Shown here in pieces: positions 1-8,939 of a stretch of 18,234 nucleotides of DNA (positions are counted from its first letter, which is position 1; each line of letters opens with the position of its first letter). Both the position numbers and the translations under genes were made by a program. Origin of the DNA: Octopus sinensis (lineage: Eukaryota); contig NW_021824562.1 of assembly GCF_006345805.1 (NCBI RefSeq), positions 1 to 18,234 of the forward strand, written 5' to 3'. The notes under the pieces were generated by a model, which ran no database searches, was not told the origin of the DNA, and saw only the letters and a list, made by a program, of their open reading frames with translations.

Positions 1-112
1 CACTTCAATAACTGAAACAAATTAAAGAGATAAAAGATAAATTAATTCCACGATCAACCACAAAATTAATTCCGTTGGGCTTTACTTTGCATTATTTAAT
101 TTCATTAAAATC

Positions 113-152
113 AATTAATTAATTATTTAATTAATTAATTAATTAATTAATT
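113..152. repeat. (TTAA)n microsatellite
   Basis: Direct reading: about 10 TTAA units with one interruption. Confidence 0.9.
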
Positions 153-320
153 GTTAGATCTTTCTGGAATTCTCTTATAGAGATCACATTAGGCAGTCAC
201 TGCGTTGTTTATCCAAAGTAAGAGAATGTTCTTGTTTAACCCTGAGTCAATTTTAATCAAAGAGACCTACCTAGGATCAGAGGACAGCCAACCGTGACAT
301 ACTATCTCCATATCAGCGGC

Positions 321-916
321 TTTTATCTTTTATCGCCTACTCATTTTAGTCTTTTGATTGCGGCCATGCTGCAGCAAAGAGTTTGAAGGTTTCAGGCGAA
401 AGAATAGTTTCCAGTACTTATGTTGTTTATTTACATCTGGTACTTATTCTATAGGTCCTCTTTCTCCGAACGGCTAAGTTACCGAAACGTAAACAAACCG
501 ACAGCGGCTGTCAAGCTGTGGAGGGGACAAACACAGACACAAAAACACACGCGCACACACACACACACACACACACACTCACATCATCATCATCATTGTT
601 CGACCGTGTTCGAGACAATGCAATTTACTATGCTACGCCAGACTTCACGGTCCAATCATAGCATTACGGAGGTCCTGTTGCTGGATGCCTGTATCCCTGG
701 AGATTACATCAGAGATTAATCTCCACACACTCACATGCACACACGTATACGACGGGCATCCACACAGTTTCCACTCTATCAAATTCACTTGCAAAACATT
801 AGCTGACGCGGGTTTATAGTAGAAGACACATGACCAAAGCGTCGCTCAGTGGGACTGAACCCTGAAACCACGAGTTTAAAAAGCAGGATTCTCATCCATA
901 CTGCCATACCTCTACC
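321..916 (-). mobile_element. SINE family A, diverged full-length copy, interrupted by an RTE fragment
   Basis: Minus strand reads a tRNA-like head with B-box-like GGTTCAGTCCC, a body, an internal CA/TG tract, then a tail homologous to the cleaner copies at 6248-6698 and 15298-15709. Confidence 0.8.
585..723 (-). mobile_element. 5'-truncated RTE-clade LINE 3' end with 13-bp target-site duplication
   Basis: Minus strand translates LISDVISRDTGIQQQDLRNAM/MDREVWRSIVNCIVSNTVEQ* (one 1-nt frameshift), then a (TGA)n tail. It resembles RTE ORF C-termini (AMxDRxxWR). It is flanked by CACACACTCACAT at 572-584 and 724-736. Confidence 0.8.
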
Positions 917-1560
917 TATAATATGCAAGGTGGTGGTGGTGGTGGTGGTGGTGGTGGTGGTGGTGGCGTGGTGGTGGTGGTGGGGGTGTGGGTGGTGTGG
1001 CGGGCGGCGGGGCGGCGGCGGTGGTGGGGTGGCGGCGGGGTGGTGGTGGTGGTGGTGGTGGTGGTGATGGTGTGGCGTGGCGTGGGGTGGTGGTGGTTGG
1101 TGGTGTGGCGTGGTGCTGGCGGCGGCGGCGTGGTGGTGGCGGCGGCGGCGGCGGTGGTGGTGGTGGCGGCGGCGGCGGCGGCGGGCGCGGGGTGGTGGTG
1201 GTGGTTGGTGGTGGTGATGGTGGTGGCGTGGTGGTGGTGGCGTGGTGCTGGCGGCGCGGCGGTGGCGGTGGTGGTGGCGGCGGTGGTGGTGGTGGTGGTG
1301 ATGGTGGTGGCGTGGTGTGGTGGTGGGTGGTGGTGTGGCGTGGTGGTGGTGGCGTGGTTGGCGGCGGCGGCGGTGGTGGTGGCGGCGGCGGCGGTGGTGG
1401 GTGGTGGTGGCGGCGGCGGCGGCGGTGGTGGTGGTGGTGGTGGTGGTGGCGTGGTGGTGGTGGCGTGGTGCTGGCGGCGGCGGCGGTGGTGGTGGCGGCG
1501 GTGGTGGTGGTGGTGGTGGCGGCGGCGGCGGTGGTGGTGGCGGCGGCGGCGGTGGTGGTG

Positions 1561-1592
<32 letters not shown>

Positions 1593-1906
1593 GGTGGTGG
1601 TGGTGGTGGTGATGGTGGTGGTGGCATTGGCGGTGATGGCAGTGGTGGTTGCAGTGGTGGTGGCGGCGGCGGTTGTGGTGGTGGTGGCAGTGGCAGTGGT
1701 GGTGGTAGTGGTGGTGCTGGTGGTGGTGTGGAGGCAGTGTTTGTAGTAGTAAACGCTGTCTTTACTTTGTTTATCCCTTCTACGGCCAGTCTGGTGTTCT
1801 TGGCTATGCATTCATGCGAAATGACCTTCTTTTCAGCCACCCTCACCTCTGGCTTTGGTAGTGGCAGGAAGTCAATGAGAGTGGCTTCTTCGTTTGATTT
1901 AGCCAT
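785..1906 (-). CDS. Candidate proline-rich protein (60-aa unique N-terminus plus polyproline); C-terminal part probably spurious
   Basis: ATG at 1906 has good Kozak context (GAAATGG) and an in-frame stop 14 codons upstream. The K/E-rich N-terminus grades into PPPAPPLPPPLPLPPPPQ. The 3' end runs into SINE A. I recognise no homology. Confidence 0.3.
929..1727. repeat. ~800-bp (GGT/GGC)n trinucleotide repeat with higher-order block duplications
   Basis: Direct reading. The variant GTGCTGG recurs near 1113, 1245, 1468 and 1714, and the single-G-deleted unit GGCGTGG recurs about a dozen times. Confidence 0.95.
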
Positions 1907-2117
1907 TTCCGTGCAGAAGATGGCAAAAGAAAACCGAAGAAAATTTTTTTAATTCTGGAAATTCACCCACAGGGGTGGAATATCTTATTAAAAGATTTAC
2001 TGAGGCTGAATGAGATGTTAAACAACTCTTTGACAAAAAATATTTAACAACAAACAGTTTTTTTTTCTATACAAATAAAGCCAACTTACTTGGAGCCGAT
2101 CTGTCAAGAATCCATTC

Positions 2118-2133
2118 AGATAGACAGACAGAC

Positions 2134-2223
<90 letters not shown>
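2118..2223. repeat. (GATA)n/(GACA)n microsatellite
   Basis: Direct reading. Confidence 0.95.
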
Positions 2224-2400
2224 GGGGAGAATTCACAAAAAGCAAAAGACGAAGACAGGTGGTGTAGACAACAAACAGATGTTTAACGCGCGGGAACTGA
2301 AAAATCTTTAACGTTTCGAGCCCACGCTCTTCCACGGAAAGGAACACAGAAAGAAACAAGGAGAGAAAATAAAGAATGTGTAGTGGCTAGCGATCTATCA
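2222..2400 (-). mobile_element. Penelope-like terminal-repeat (pLTR-like) copy 1 with hammerhead-like motif; may extend to ~2485
   Basis: Reverse complement aligns with 3053-3272 (shared TGATAGATCGyTAGCCACTACAC and TACACCACCTGTCTTCGTCTTTTG). The PLE assignment is inferred from the ribozyme-like motif and from ending in a microsatellite. Confidence 0.6.
2306..2341 (-). ncRNA. Degenerate minimal hammerhead-like motif (core CCGUGGA)
   Basis: CTTT-CCGTGGA-A-GAGC-GTGG-GCTC-GAAA-CGT-T-AAAG: 4-bp stem I, 4-bp stem II, GAAA, palindromic AACGTT. It deviates from CUGANGA at positions 4 and 6. Confidence 0.4.
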
Positions 2401-2696
2401 TAGCGAATGCCGGACAGAAGTGTCACATAGGAGAGCTAGGGAGAAGGGGAGATAATAAAGTAGTGGTGATCCCAAAACGAAGGTGCGCGTGCTTGTGTAT
2501 AAGAGAGTTTGTATGTGCATGTGGAAGAGGGCTGGTGATCTTGACCTGTGCGTGTGTGTATATGTAGGTGTGAAAATGTGGGTCTGGCAAGTGGTTAGTG
2601 CTGATGTGTGTGGTGGTGTGTTGTGATGTGATGTGTTTTGTGGTATGGTGGTGTAAGGTGTAGTGGCGTGTGGAGTGGTGTGATGGTGTTGGGAGC

Positions 2697-2866
2697 TGGG
2701 AAGACGAGTGGGGAAAGCAAGGGTGGGGTGGGGTAGAGGTGGGGTATGTGGGAGTGGGTGTAAGGGATGGATGGGGTGGGATGGGGAAAGATAGGCAAGG
2801 TGGGGTAGAATGGGTTGGGGTAGGGTGGGCTTACGAGGGAGGGGTGATGATGAAGGGGAAGGAGAA
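2697..2866 (+). repeat. G-run-rich low-complexity tract (G-quadruplex potential)
   Basis: More than 20 GGG/GGGG runs with short spacers, e.g. GGGTGGGGTGGGGTAGAGGTGGGG. Confidence 0.6.
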
Positions 2867-3052
2867 GGTGGGTAGAAGTGAAGAGAAGAGAGAAGGAGAG
2901 TAGGAGTGAAGAGAAAAAGTAGGCGTCGGACCAAGAGAGAAGAGGTGAGTGGGAGGAAGTAGGTGTGAGGGGACAGAGGCAAAGGGAAGAGGTTAGATGA
3001 AGAGGGAAGAAGAGTTGAGCCCATGTGGGGCAAAGGAGCGAAGAGAGAAGAT

Positions 3053-3272
3053 TGATAGATCGTTAGCCACTACACAATTTTTTCTCTCCTTTTTCCTCTC
3101 CTTGTTTTCTTCTCTCCTTGTTTCTCTCCTTGTTTTTTCTGTGTCCCTTTCTGTAGAAGAGCGTAGGGTCGAAACGTAAAATACTTTTTCTATACCTGAG
3201 CGTTATACTAATACATCTGTTTGTTTTGTACACCACCTGTCTTCGTCTTTTGTGTTTTCGTAAACTCTCCCT
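3053..3272 (+). mobile_element. Penelope-like terminal-repeat (pLTR-like) copy 2 with hammerhead-like motif
   Basis: Inverted homolog of 2222-2400, with an expanded TCTCCTTGTTT internal repeat; ends in a TA/CA microsatellite. Confidence 0.6.
3147..3182 (+). ncRNA. Minimal hammerhead-like motif (core CUGUAGA)
   Basis: CTTT-CTGTAGA-A-GAGC-GTAG-GGTC-GAAA-CGT-A-AAAT: C3/G8 are intact, position 6 is U, stem II has one mismatch, helix III is the palindrome ACGT, and the cleavage triplet is GUA. Confidence 0.45.
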
Positions 3273-3574
3273 ACATATATATATACATACATGCAGACAT
3301 ACGTGTATATTTGTATACGAGTGTGTGTCTGTCTGTGTCTGTGTGTATACATGTACATATACACACACACATATCTTTATATATTTGTGGGAGTATGTGT
3401 ATGTGTGTATGTATATCTATACACATACACACTCACATATATACACACACACGCATACACAAACACTTCCGCACATTCACATAGTAACACACAAAACCAC
3501 GCACATATAACTATGCATGTATGTACGTGTGTATGTATGTACGAACGTCTATAGATATGTATTACGTATGTATG

Positions 3575-3606
<32 letters not shown>

Positions 3607-3757
3607 TGTATGTATGTATGTATGTATGTATGTATGTATGTATGTATGTATGTATGTATGTATGTATGTATGTATGTATGTATGTATGTATGTATGTATG
3701 TATGTATGCAAGTATGTATGTATGTATGTATGGACTGAAAGACAGACTGACACACAA

Positions 3758-3818
<61 letters not shown>

Positions 3819-3843
3819 CAGGCAGACAGACAGACAAACAGAC

Positions 3844-3922
<79 letters not shown>

Positions 3923-3990
3923 ACATGCATACGCACACACACATAGACACATACACGCGCACACAAACACACACACGAGATACATAGTAG
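3273..3990. repeat. Compound microsatellite block: TA/CA/TG, (TATG)n ~3510-3731, (GATA)n ~3757-3921
   Basis: Direct reading; it explains all overlapping YIHT/MYVC/IYLS ORFs. Confidence 0.95.
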
Positions 3991-4392
3991 AGAGTATAGG
4001 TCAAAATCAATGGCTGACATTTACTATCCAGTCACGTGACATCAAACAGTACAATGTTACATATACAGCAATGTTAATGTTAAGGTAGTGGTAGGAGTAG
4101 AGTTATGGTACGGGTGGGAGGGAAAGGTTGTCAGGGGAGGTTTTAGGAAGATTGCTAGTTTATGTAGTCTATATTTGTCAGTGTACCTGTGTGTATCAAT
4201 GTGTGTATGTAATTATATATATGTGTGTTTGTGCGTGTATGTAGAAATGTATGTTTATGCACTTATATAAAGACACATGTATAGATGTATGTGTGTGTGT
4301 GTGTGTGTGTGTGTCTGTGTGTAATATACGTGTATATATGTGTGTGTGTGTGTATATCTGCCAATGTATGTTATATATATATATATATATAT

Positions 4393-4560
4393 AAATTAGA
4401 AAAAAAACGCCTTTTATCAATTCAAAATGAACAATTATATTACACCATCTAGAAAATTACATATAATAGAAATATTAAAAATAATAAAAATAAAATTTCT
4501 AGATGGTGTAATTTAATTGTTCATTTTGAATTGATAAAAAGGTGGGGTTTTTTCTAATTT
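4393..4560. repeat. Fold-back (inverted repeat) element in a (TA)n context, MITE-like or inverted retroelement end
   Basis: Arms 4393-4455 and 4496-4560; the inner 44 bp (4412-4455 vs 4496-4539) match 43/44; 40-nt AT-rich spacer. Confidence 0.85.
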
Positions 4561-4650
4561 TTATATATATTTATTATATTTTGTGAAATTTGATTTAGTA
4601 TTTCTAAACTGAATTTTTCCCTGTAAGTTAGGAATAATATTCCCTCAAAT

Positions 4651-4687
<37 letters not shown>

Positions 4688-4710
4688 ATATATATATATA
4701 CATACATATA

Positions 4711-4820
4711 TGTTGTCTTTTTGAGCAAAACACTTCACTTCTATTTGCTCCTGTCCACCTGTTTCGTACGAAAATGAGTAATCCTGCCACAAAGTGACAT
4801 CCAGTGCAACGGGAGAATAT
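4711..4820 (+). mobile_element. Headless, degenerate core of a SINE C-related element
   Basis: TTGAGCAAAACACTTCACTTCTATTTGCTCCTGTCCAC...AAAATGAGT resembles the reverse complement of the SINE C core at 17930-17995. Confidence 0.55.
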
Positions 4821-5066
4821 TCGCGGCAAATTCCTCATCAATGCTCCATTGATGTCTTCTGTCTCTTGTATTTTTCTAACCACATTCGTATCCAGAAGGC
4901 AGCTAATTTCCACCACAGAACATATCATTACTTTGTGGTCCCACACCACGATATCCGACCGGTTGTGTTTTAACTGGGTGGCTGTTTTAATTTTTATGTT
5001 TCAACAGTATTCTTGTAACCCATTGGTCTCAATATGGTCAACTTTGATTTTAGGTATTCTCTTTCT

Positions 5067-5483
5067 TATTTCTTTACTGCCCACAAGGGGCTACACACAG
5101 AGGAGACAAAGAAGAACGGACAAACGGATTAAGTCAATTACATCGACTCCAGTGCGTAACTGGTATTTATTTAATCGACCCCGAAAGGATGAAAAGCAAA
5201 GTTGACCTCGGCGGAATTTGAACTCAGAACGTAACGACAGACGAAATACCTATTTCTTTACTACCCACAAGGGGCTAAACACAGAGAGGACAAACAAGAA
5301 CAGACGAACGGATTAAATCGATTACATTGACCCCAGTGCGTAAATGGTATTTATTTAATCGACTCCGAAAGGATGAAAAGCAAAGTCGACCTCGGCGGAT
5401 TTTGAACTCAGAACGTAGCGGCAGACGAAATACTGCTAAGCATTTCGCACGGCGCGCTAACGTTTCTGCCAGCTCGCCGCCTT
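5067..5483 (-). mobile_element. SINE family B, dimeric (one head, two ~184-bp body+tail units)
   Basis: Minus-strand head AAGGCGGCGAGCTGGCAGAA with B-box-like GAGTTCAAA; body GCTTTTCATCCTTTCGGrGTCGAT. Units start at 5067 and 5251. Confidence 0.9.
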
Positions 5484-5489
5484 TTATTC

Positions 5490-6000
5490 TCTTTCTTGTT
5501 GCCCTGCCCCAGACAGTTCCGACCTTATGAGAAGATGATATCTGGAGGATATTCTTTCACAGTTGGTGATAATATGGTTGATGTCTCCGGTCTTGGTCTT
5601 GCACAGCCTGCATTTGCTGTCTGTCAACGTTTTCTGCCTTTTATATTGTAGGAACTTGGTGGGGCTCTCTTGTTCTTGGATTGCACAAATGTAGCCTCGC
5701 AAAGTGGGATGTCATAAACATGTTGGTACTCAATGCCAAGCTGTTGATATGATTGCTCCCGTCTGTGGTTTGTGTTTTATGTACCAAATACCCATATGCT
5801 ATCTCTTCAGTGAATTGGTTCATTTTTCCTTTCTATTGTTCTGATTAATAGATTTTGCCAATGCTCCTTGTGGAGAGATCTGTATCAGCTCTTATTTCAT
5901 AATTTTCCTCAAGTACTTTAGTTGTCCAAATTACGTTGTTGGTCTCGTGGTCACAAACTTAGGTAAGATAGTTACTGGTCTCTTTCCTTTGCCGCAGATA
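5490..6000 (-). pseudogene. R4/Dong-like non-LTR retrotransposon C-terminal fragment (CCHC zinc knuckle)
   Basis: Minus strand gives ...MTSHF/GYICAIQEQESPTKFLQYKRQKTLTDSKCRLCKTKTGDINHIITNC (CX2CX8HX4C; CRLC at 5601-5612). This matches the EG..AIQ.Q...CR.C...H...C pattern of RLE-type R4-like elements. It carries stops and a frameshift and is truncated before the endonuclease. Confidence 0.8.
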
Positions 6001-6020
6001 CTCTTTCCTTTTACTCTTTT

Positions 6021-6320
6021 TACTTGTTTCAGTCATTTGACTGCGGCCATGCTGGAGCACCGCCTTTAGTGGAGCAAATCGAACAAATGAAAGATATGCT
6101 TAGGAATGCGTATATTATACACTTTCTTTACTCTTTTTACTCTTTTACTTGTTTCGGTCATTTGACTGCGGCCATGCTGGAGCACCGCCTTTAGTGGAGC
6201 AAATCGAACAAATGAAAGATATGCTTAGGAATGCGTATATTATACACTTTCTTTACTCTTTTTACTCTTTTACTTGTTTCAGTCATTTGACTGCGGCCAT
6301 GCTGGAGCACCGCCTTTAGT
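6021..6320. repeat. 125-bp tandem repeat (2 full units plus partial) made of SINE A tail and unique spacer
   Basis: Units start at 6021, 6146 and 6271; units 1 and 2 differ at one base (TTTCAGTC vs TTTCGGTC). Confidence 0.95.
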
Positions 6321-6458
6321 CGAGGAGCAAATCGACCCCGGGACTTATTCTTTTGTAAGCCCAGTACTTATTCTATTGGTCTCTTTTGCCGAACCGCTAA
6401 GTGACGGGGACGTAAACACACCAGCATCGGTTGCCAAGCAATGCTAGGGGGACAAACA

Positions 6459-6532
<74 letters not shown>

Positions 6533-6698
6533 TACGACAGGCTTCTTTTCAGTTTCCGTCTACCAAATCCACTCACAAGGCATTGGTCGGCCCGGGGCTA
6601 TAGCAGAAGACACTTGCCCAAGGTGCCACGCAGTGGGACTGAACCCGGAACCATATGGTTGGTAAGCAAGCTACTTACCACACAGCCACTCCTGCGCC
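6248..6698 (-). mobile_element. SINE family A, young full-length copy (tRNA head, CORE-like segment, internal microsatellite, tail)
   Basis: Head GGCGCAGGAGTGGCTGTGTGGTAAG (A box) and GGTTCAGTCCC (B box). ACCTTGGGCAAGTGTCTT resembles the CORE-SINE start. The tail has GAGTAAA repeats. It is very similar to 15298-15709. Confidence 0.92.
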
Positions 6699-6699
6699 T

Positions 6700-6980
6700 A
6701 GAAGATTGGGTTATAAAGACCATTTATCTTTTTATGTGGATGGTATTTGGCCCAAAAAGTTTCAGGTCGTCAACAAAGAAAGGATAGGAGATACTTCTGG
6801 ATCCATTTCTCTGGTCACTATGTTTTATGAGTAGGTGTGGTAGTGGACTTAATGACTGCTATCCGACTTAATTTGCTCCTTATCACTCTTACGGTGCAAA
6901 GTCGCGTAATTCTGAGTATTTAGGGTTCCACAAATTTTTTAGTCTTTGCATAAAACCAAACTTTTAGGGGTAAGATATGT
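6700..6980 (-). pseudogene. R4/Dong-like element: N-terminal piece fused to RT catalytic motif
   Basis: Minus strand gives FGFMQRLKNLWNPKYSELRDFA (R4-like N-terminal motif, recalled) and SISYPFFVDDLKLFGPN (RT motif C; DD at 6766-6771). Same strand as the 5490-6000 fragment. Confidence 0.7.
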
Positions 6981-6995
6981 ATATATGCATGTATG

Positions 6996-7029
<34 letters not shown>

Positions 7030-7469
7030 TGTATGTATGTATGTATTTATATATGTATGTATGTATGTGTATGTATGTGTGTTTGTATGTATTTATATAT
7101 GTATGTATGTATGTATGTATGTGTGTGTGTATGTATGCATGTATGTATGCATGTATGTATGTATGTATGTATGTGTGTGTGTATGTATGTATGTATGCAT
7201 GTATGTATGTATGTATGTATGTATGTGTGTGTATGTATGTATGTATGTATTATATATGTATGTATTTATATATGTATGTATGTATGTATGTGTGTGTGTG
7301 TGTATGTATGTATATGTAAGTATTTATTATTGATCTTTTATAAAAATGAAGCTATATCCCTTAATTTGCTGCTTTTCTATACACAAACCGAGAAAATATC
7401 TTACAGAACAGTCGTTATTTTAACAAGATACACCTTATTATCAGCTGAAGAAACATTTTCATATATATA

Positions 7470-7518
<49 letters not shown>

Positions 7519-7521
7519 TAA
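6975..7521. repeat. (TATG)n/(TG)n tract 6975-7322 and (TA)n tract 7461-7521
   Basis: Direct reading. Confidence 0.95.
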
Positions 7522-7870
7522 TTTTAATAGACACAATTACAAAAGAAATACTAATAGTTTAAGATACATTAAACTGGCAAGTCTATATAACACGGCATGT
7601 ACCTCCAAGCAATCATTCACGGCTCAGTTCATAATGTTAGACGTTTTTTTTTTTTGAAAACCGGGTTGTCGGTCTATGAGAAAACATAAGAGAAAATGAA
7701 AAGAAAAATCTCAAAGAAGGTTGCTGCAAAAACTGAAGATGATAAAAAAGAAAAGAAAACCAAGAAAACCAAGACCTTCGTCCTCTTTGACAGTAGAAAC
7801 CATAATTAATGGAGCTGATGGTAAAATAATATAAGAGAAAGAAGGCTAAAGTCTAACATCCACATCCACA

Positions 7871-8765
7871 GAATATTATGAATTAAAGATACATAGATAT
7901 CTGCCAAAGATAAAAGATTTAGCTCCTTTTGAGAGAGAACTCCTTGGTTTAGTAATGAATATAAGATTCTGTAACTATTATAACCTTTTTCAAACCAAAC
8001 TACAATCTGATATTAGAAATTTTAAAAGTTCTAAAAACAAATTCGTATTTTCTGATAAGACTATCAGCCTGTGTGAAGTCAGTAATGATTTATTTGATGA
8101 ATTGCTGCAAGACTCCGTTTCTGCTATATATAGGAAAGCTAACATAGATAAATACAATGATATTAACGATGAGGATAAATTCCTCTCAAAAAGAAGTAAA
8201 ATTGATGATAGGTTAGAATTCTTAGCTGAACTTGAAGATTTTATTACTGTAAAAGATCATCGATTTCAGTAATAAACCCACCTGTAAACTTTTAAACCTA
8301 GCGAGAACTAAAATAGGTTTAGCTGGTAAAAAGAAAAATTCTAAGGAATATAAATATCGGAATTAGAGAAACTACTACTACATAACAACTATTACAAATA
8401 ACAGCATTGTCATAGATTGGTTTAGTAATTTAAAGGATAAGCATAGAGCTAGATTTACACAGTGTGACATTGCAGACTTTTATCCCTCGATATTGAAATC
8501 GTTGTTTGATAAGGCGAATGAATTCGGGAAAAAGGTATGACAAAATTTACCGTATAGATCTGGATTTCGCATGCAGGCGCGAAAACTCTTCTATTCAGCA
8601 AGGGTTCTGCGTGAGTTAAAAATACGATACGAATGACTTGCTTGATGCATCGATAGGATCTTATGATAATGCAGACATGTGTGATACTGTAGATCTCTAT
8701 ATCTTAGACACTCGAGATCTAAATTTCCAACCCACAATACTGGTTTATGCTGTGATAAGGATTTG
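7871..8765 (+). pseudogene. Penelope-like element reverse transcriptase, degraded fragment
   Basis: Includes ORF 7955-8272 (FVFSDKT, ITVKDH). Across frameshifts it gives DWFSNLKDKHRARFTQCDIADFYPSI (motif A, 8463-8492), DASIGSYDNADMCDTVDLYIL (motif B', GSYD at 8656-8667) and NTGLCCDKDL (eroded GLYRDDGL, 8736-8765). The order and spacing fit PLE RTs. Confidence 0.88.
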
Positions 8766-8801
8766 AACATATCTTACGACTGTGATGGACGTACACAAGG
8801 T

Positions 8802-8860
8802 CAGTGGTTCTTAACTAAGGTCGATATGGCCCTTGGAGCCCACATAAGATTTTGTTATTA
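8802..8860 (+). mobile_element. Possible hAT-type transposon terminus
   Basis: CAGTGGTTCTTAAC resembles the hAT/Buster-type terminus CAGTGGTTCTCAAC; no partner end or TSD found. Confidence 0.3.
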
Positions 8861-8939
8861 AAATTTATGTCCAATAAACTGGTTATATTTCTATAATACA
8901 CAAAATATTTAAACACATTTTTATACAATTCTGTATAAT

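Noticed and set aside
912-1952. Poly-Gly/Val/Trp and poly-Thr/His ORFs overlapping the GGT repeat
   Set aside because: Alternative frames of the same triplet repeat; only the minus-strand Pro frame has a plausible start and a hydrophilic unique leader.
3221-4420. Many 60-200 aa ORFs (YIHT, MYVC, IYLS repeats), likewise at 6946-7521, 10909-11352 and 16806-17970
   Set aside because: They are translations of stop-free microsatellites, open in several frames on both strands, with no coding signal.
4804-5205. 133-aa ORF
   Set aside because: It starts in a SINE C-like fragment and ends in antisense SINE B; no recognisable domain.
6021-6320. Repeat-spacer-repeat pattern resembling a CRISPR array
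   Set aside because: The spacers are identical, the repeat is a SINE tail, the context is eukaryotic and there are no cas genes.
6841-6860. SLSPL peptide resembling RT motif B' upstream of FVDD
   Set aside because: It is preceded by several stops and lies closer to the DD motif than expected; likely coincidental.
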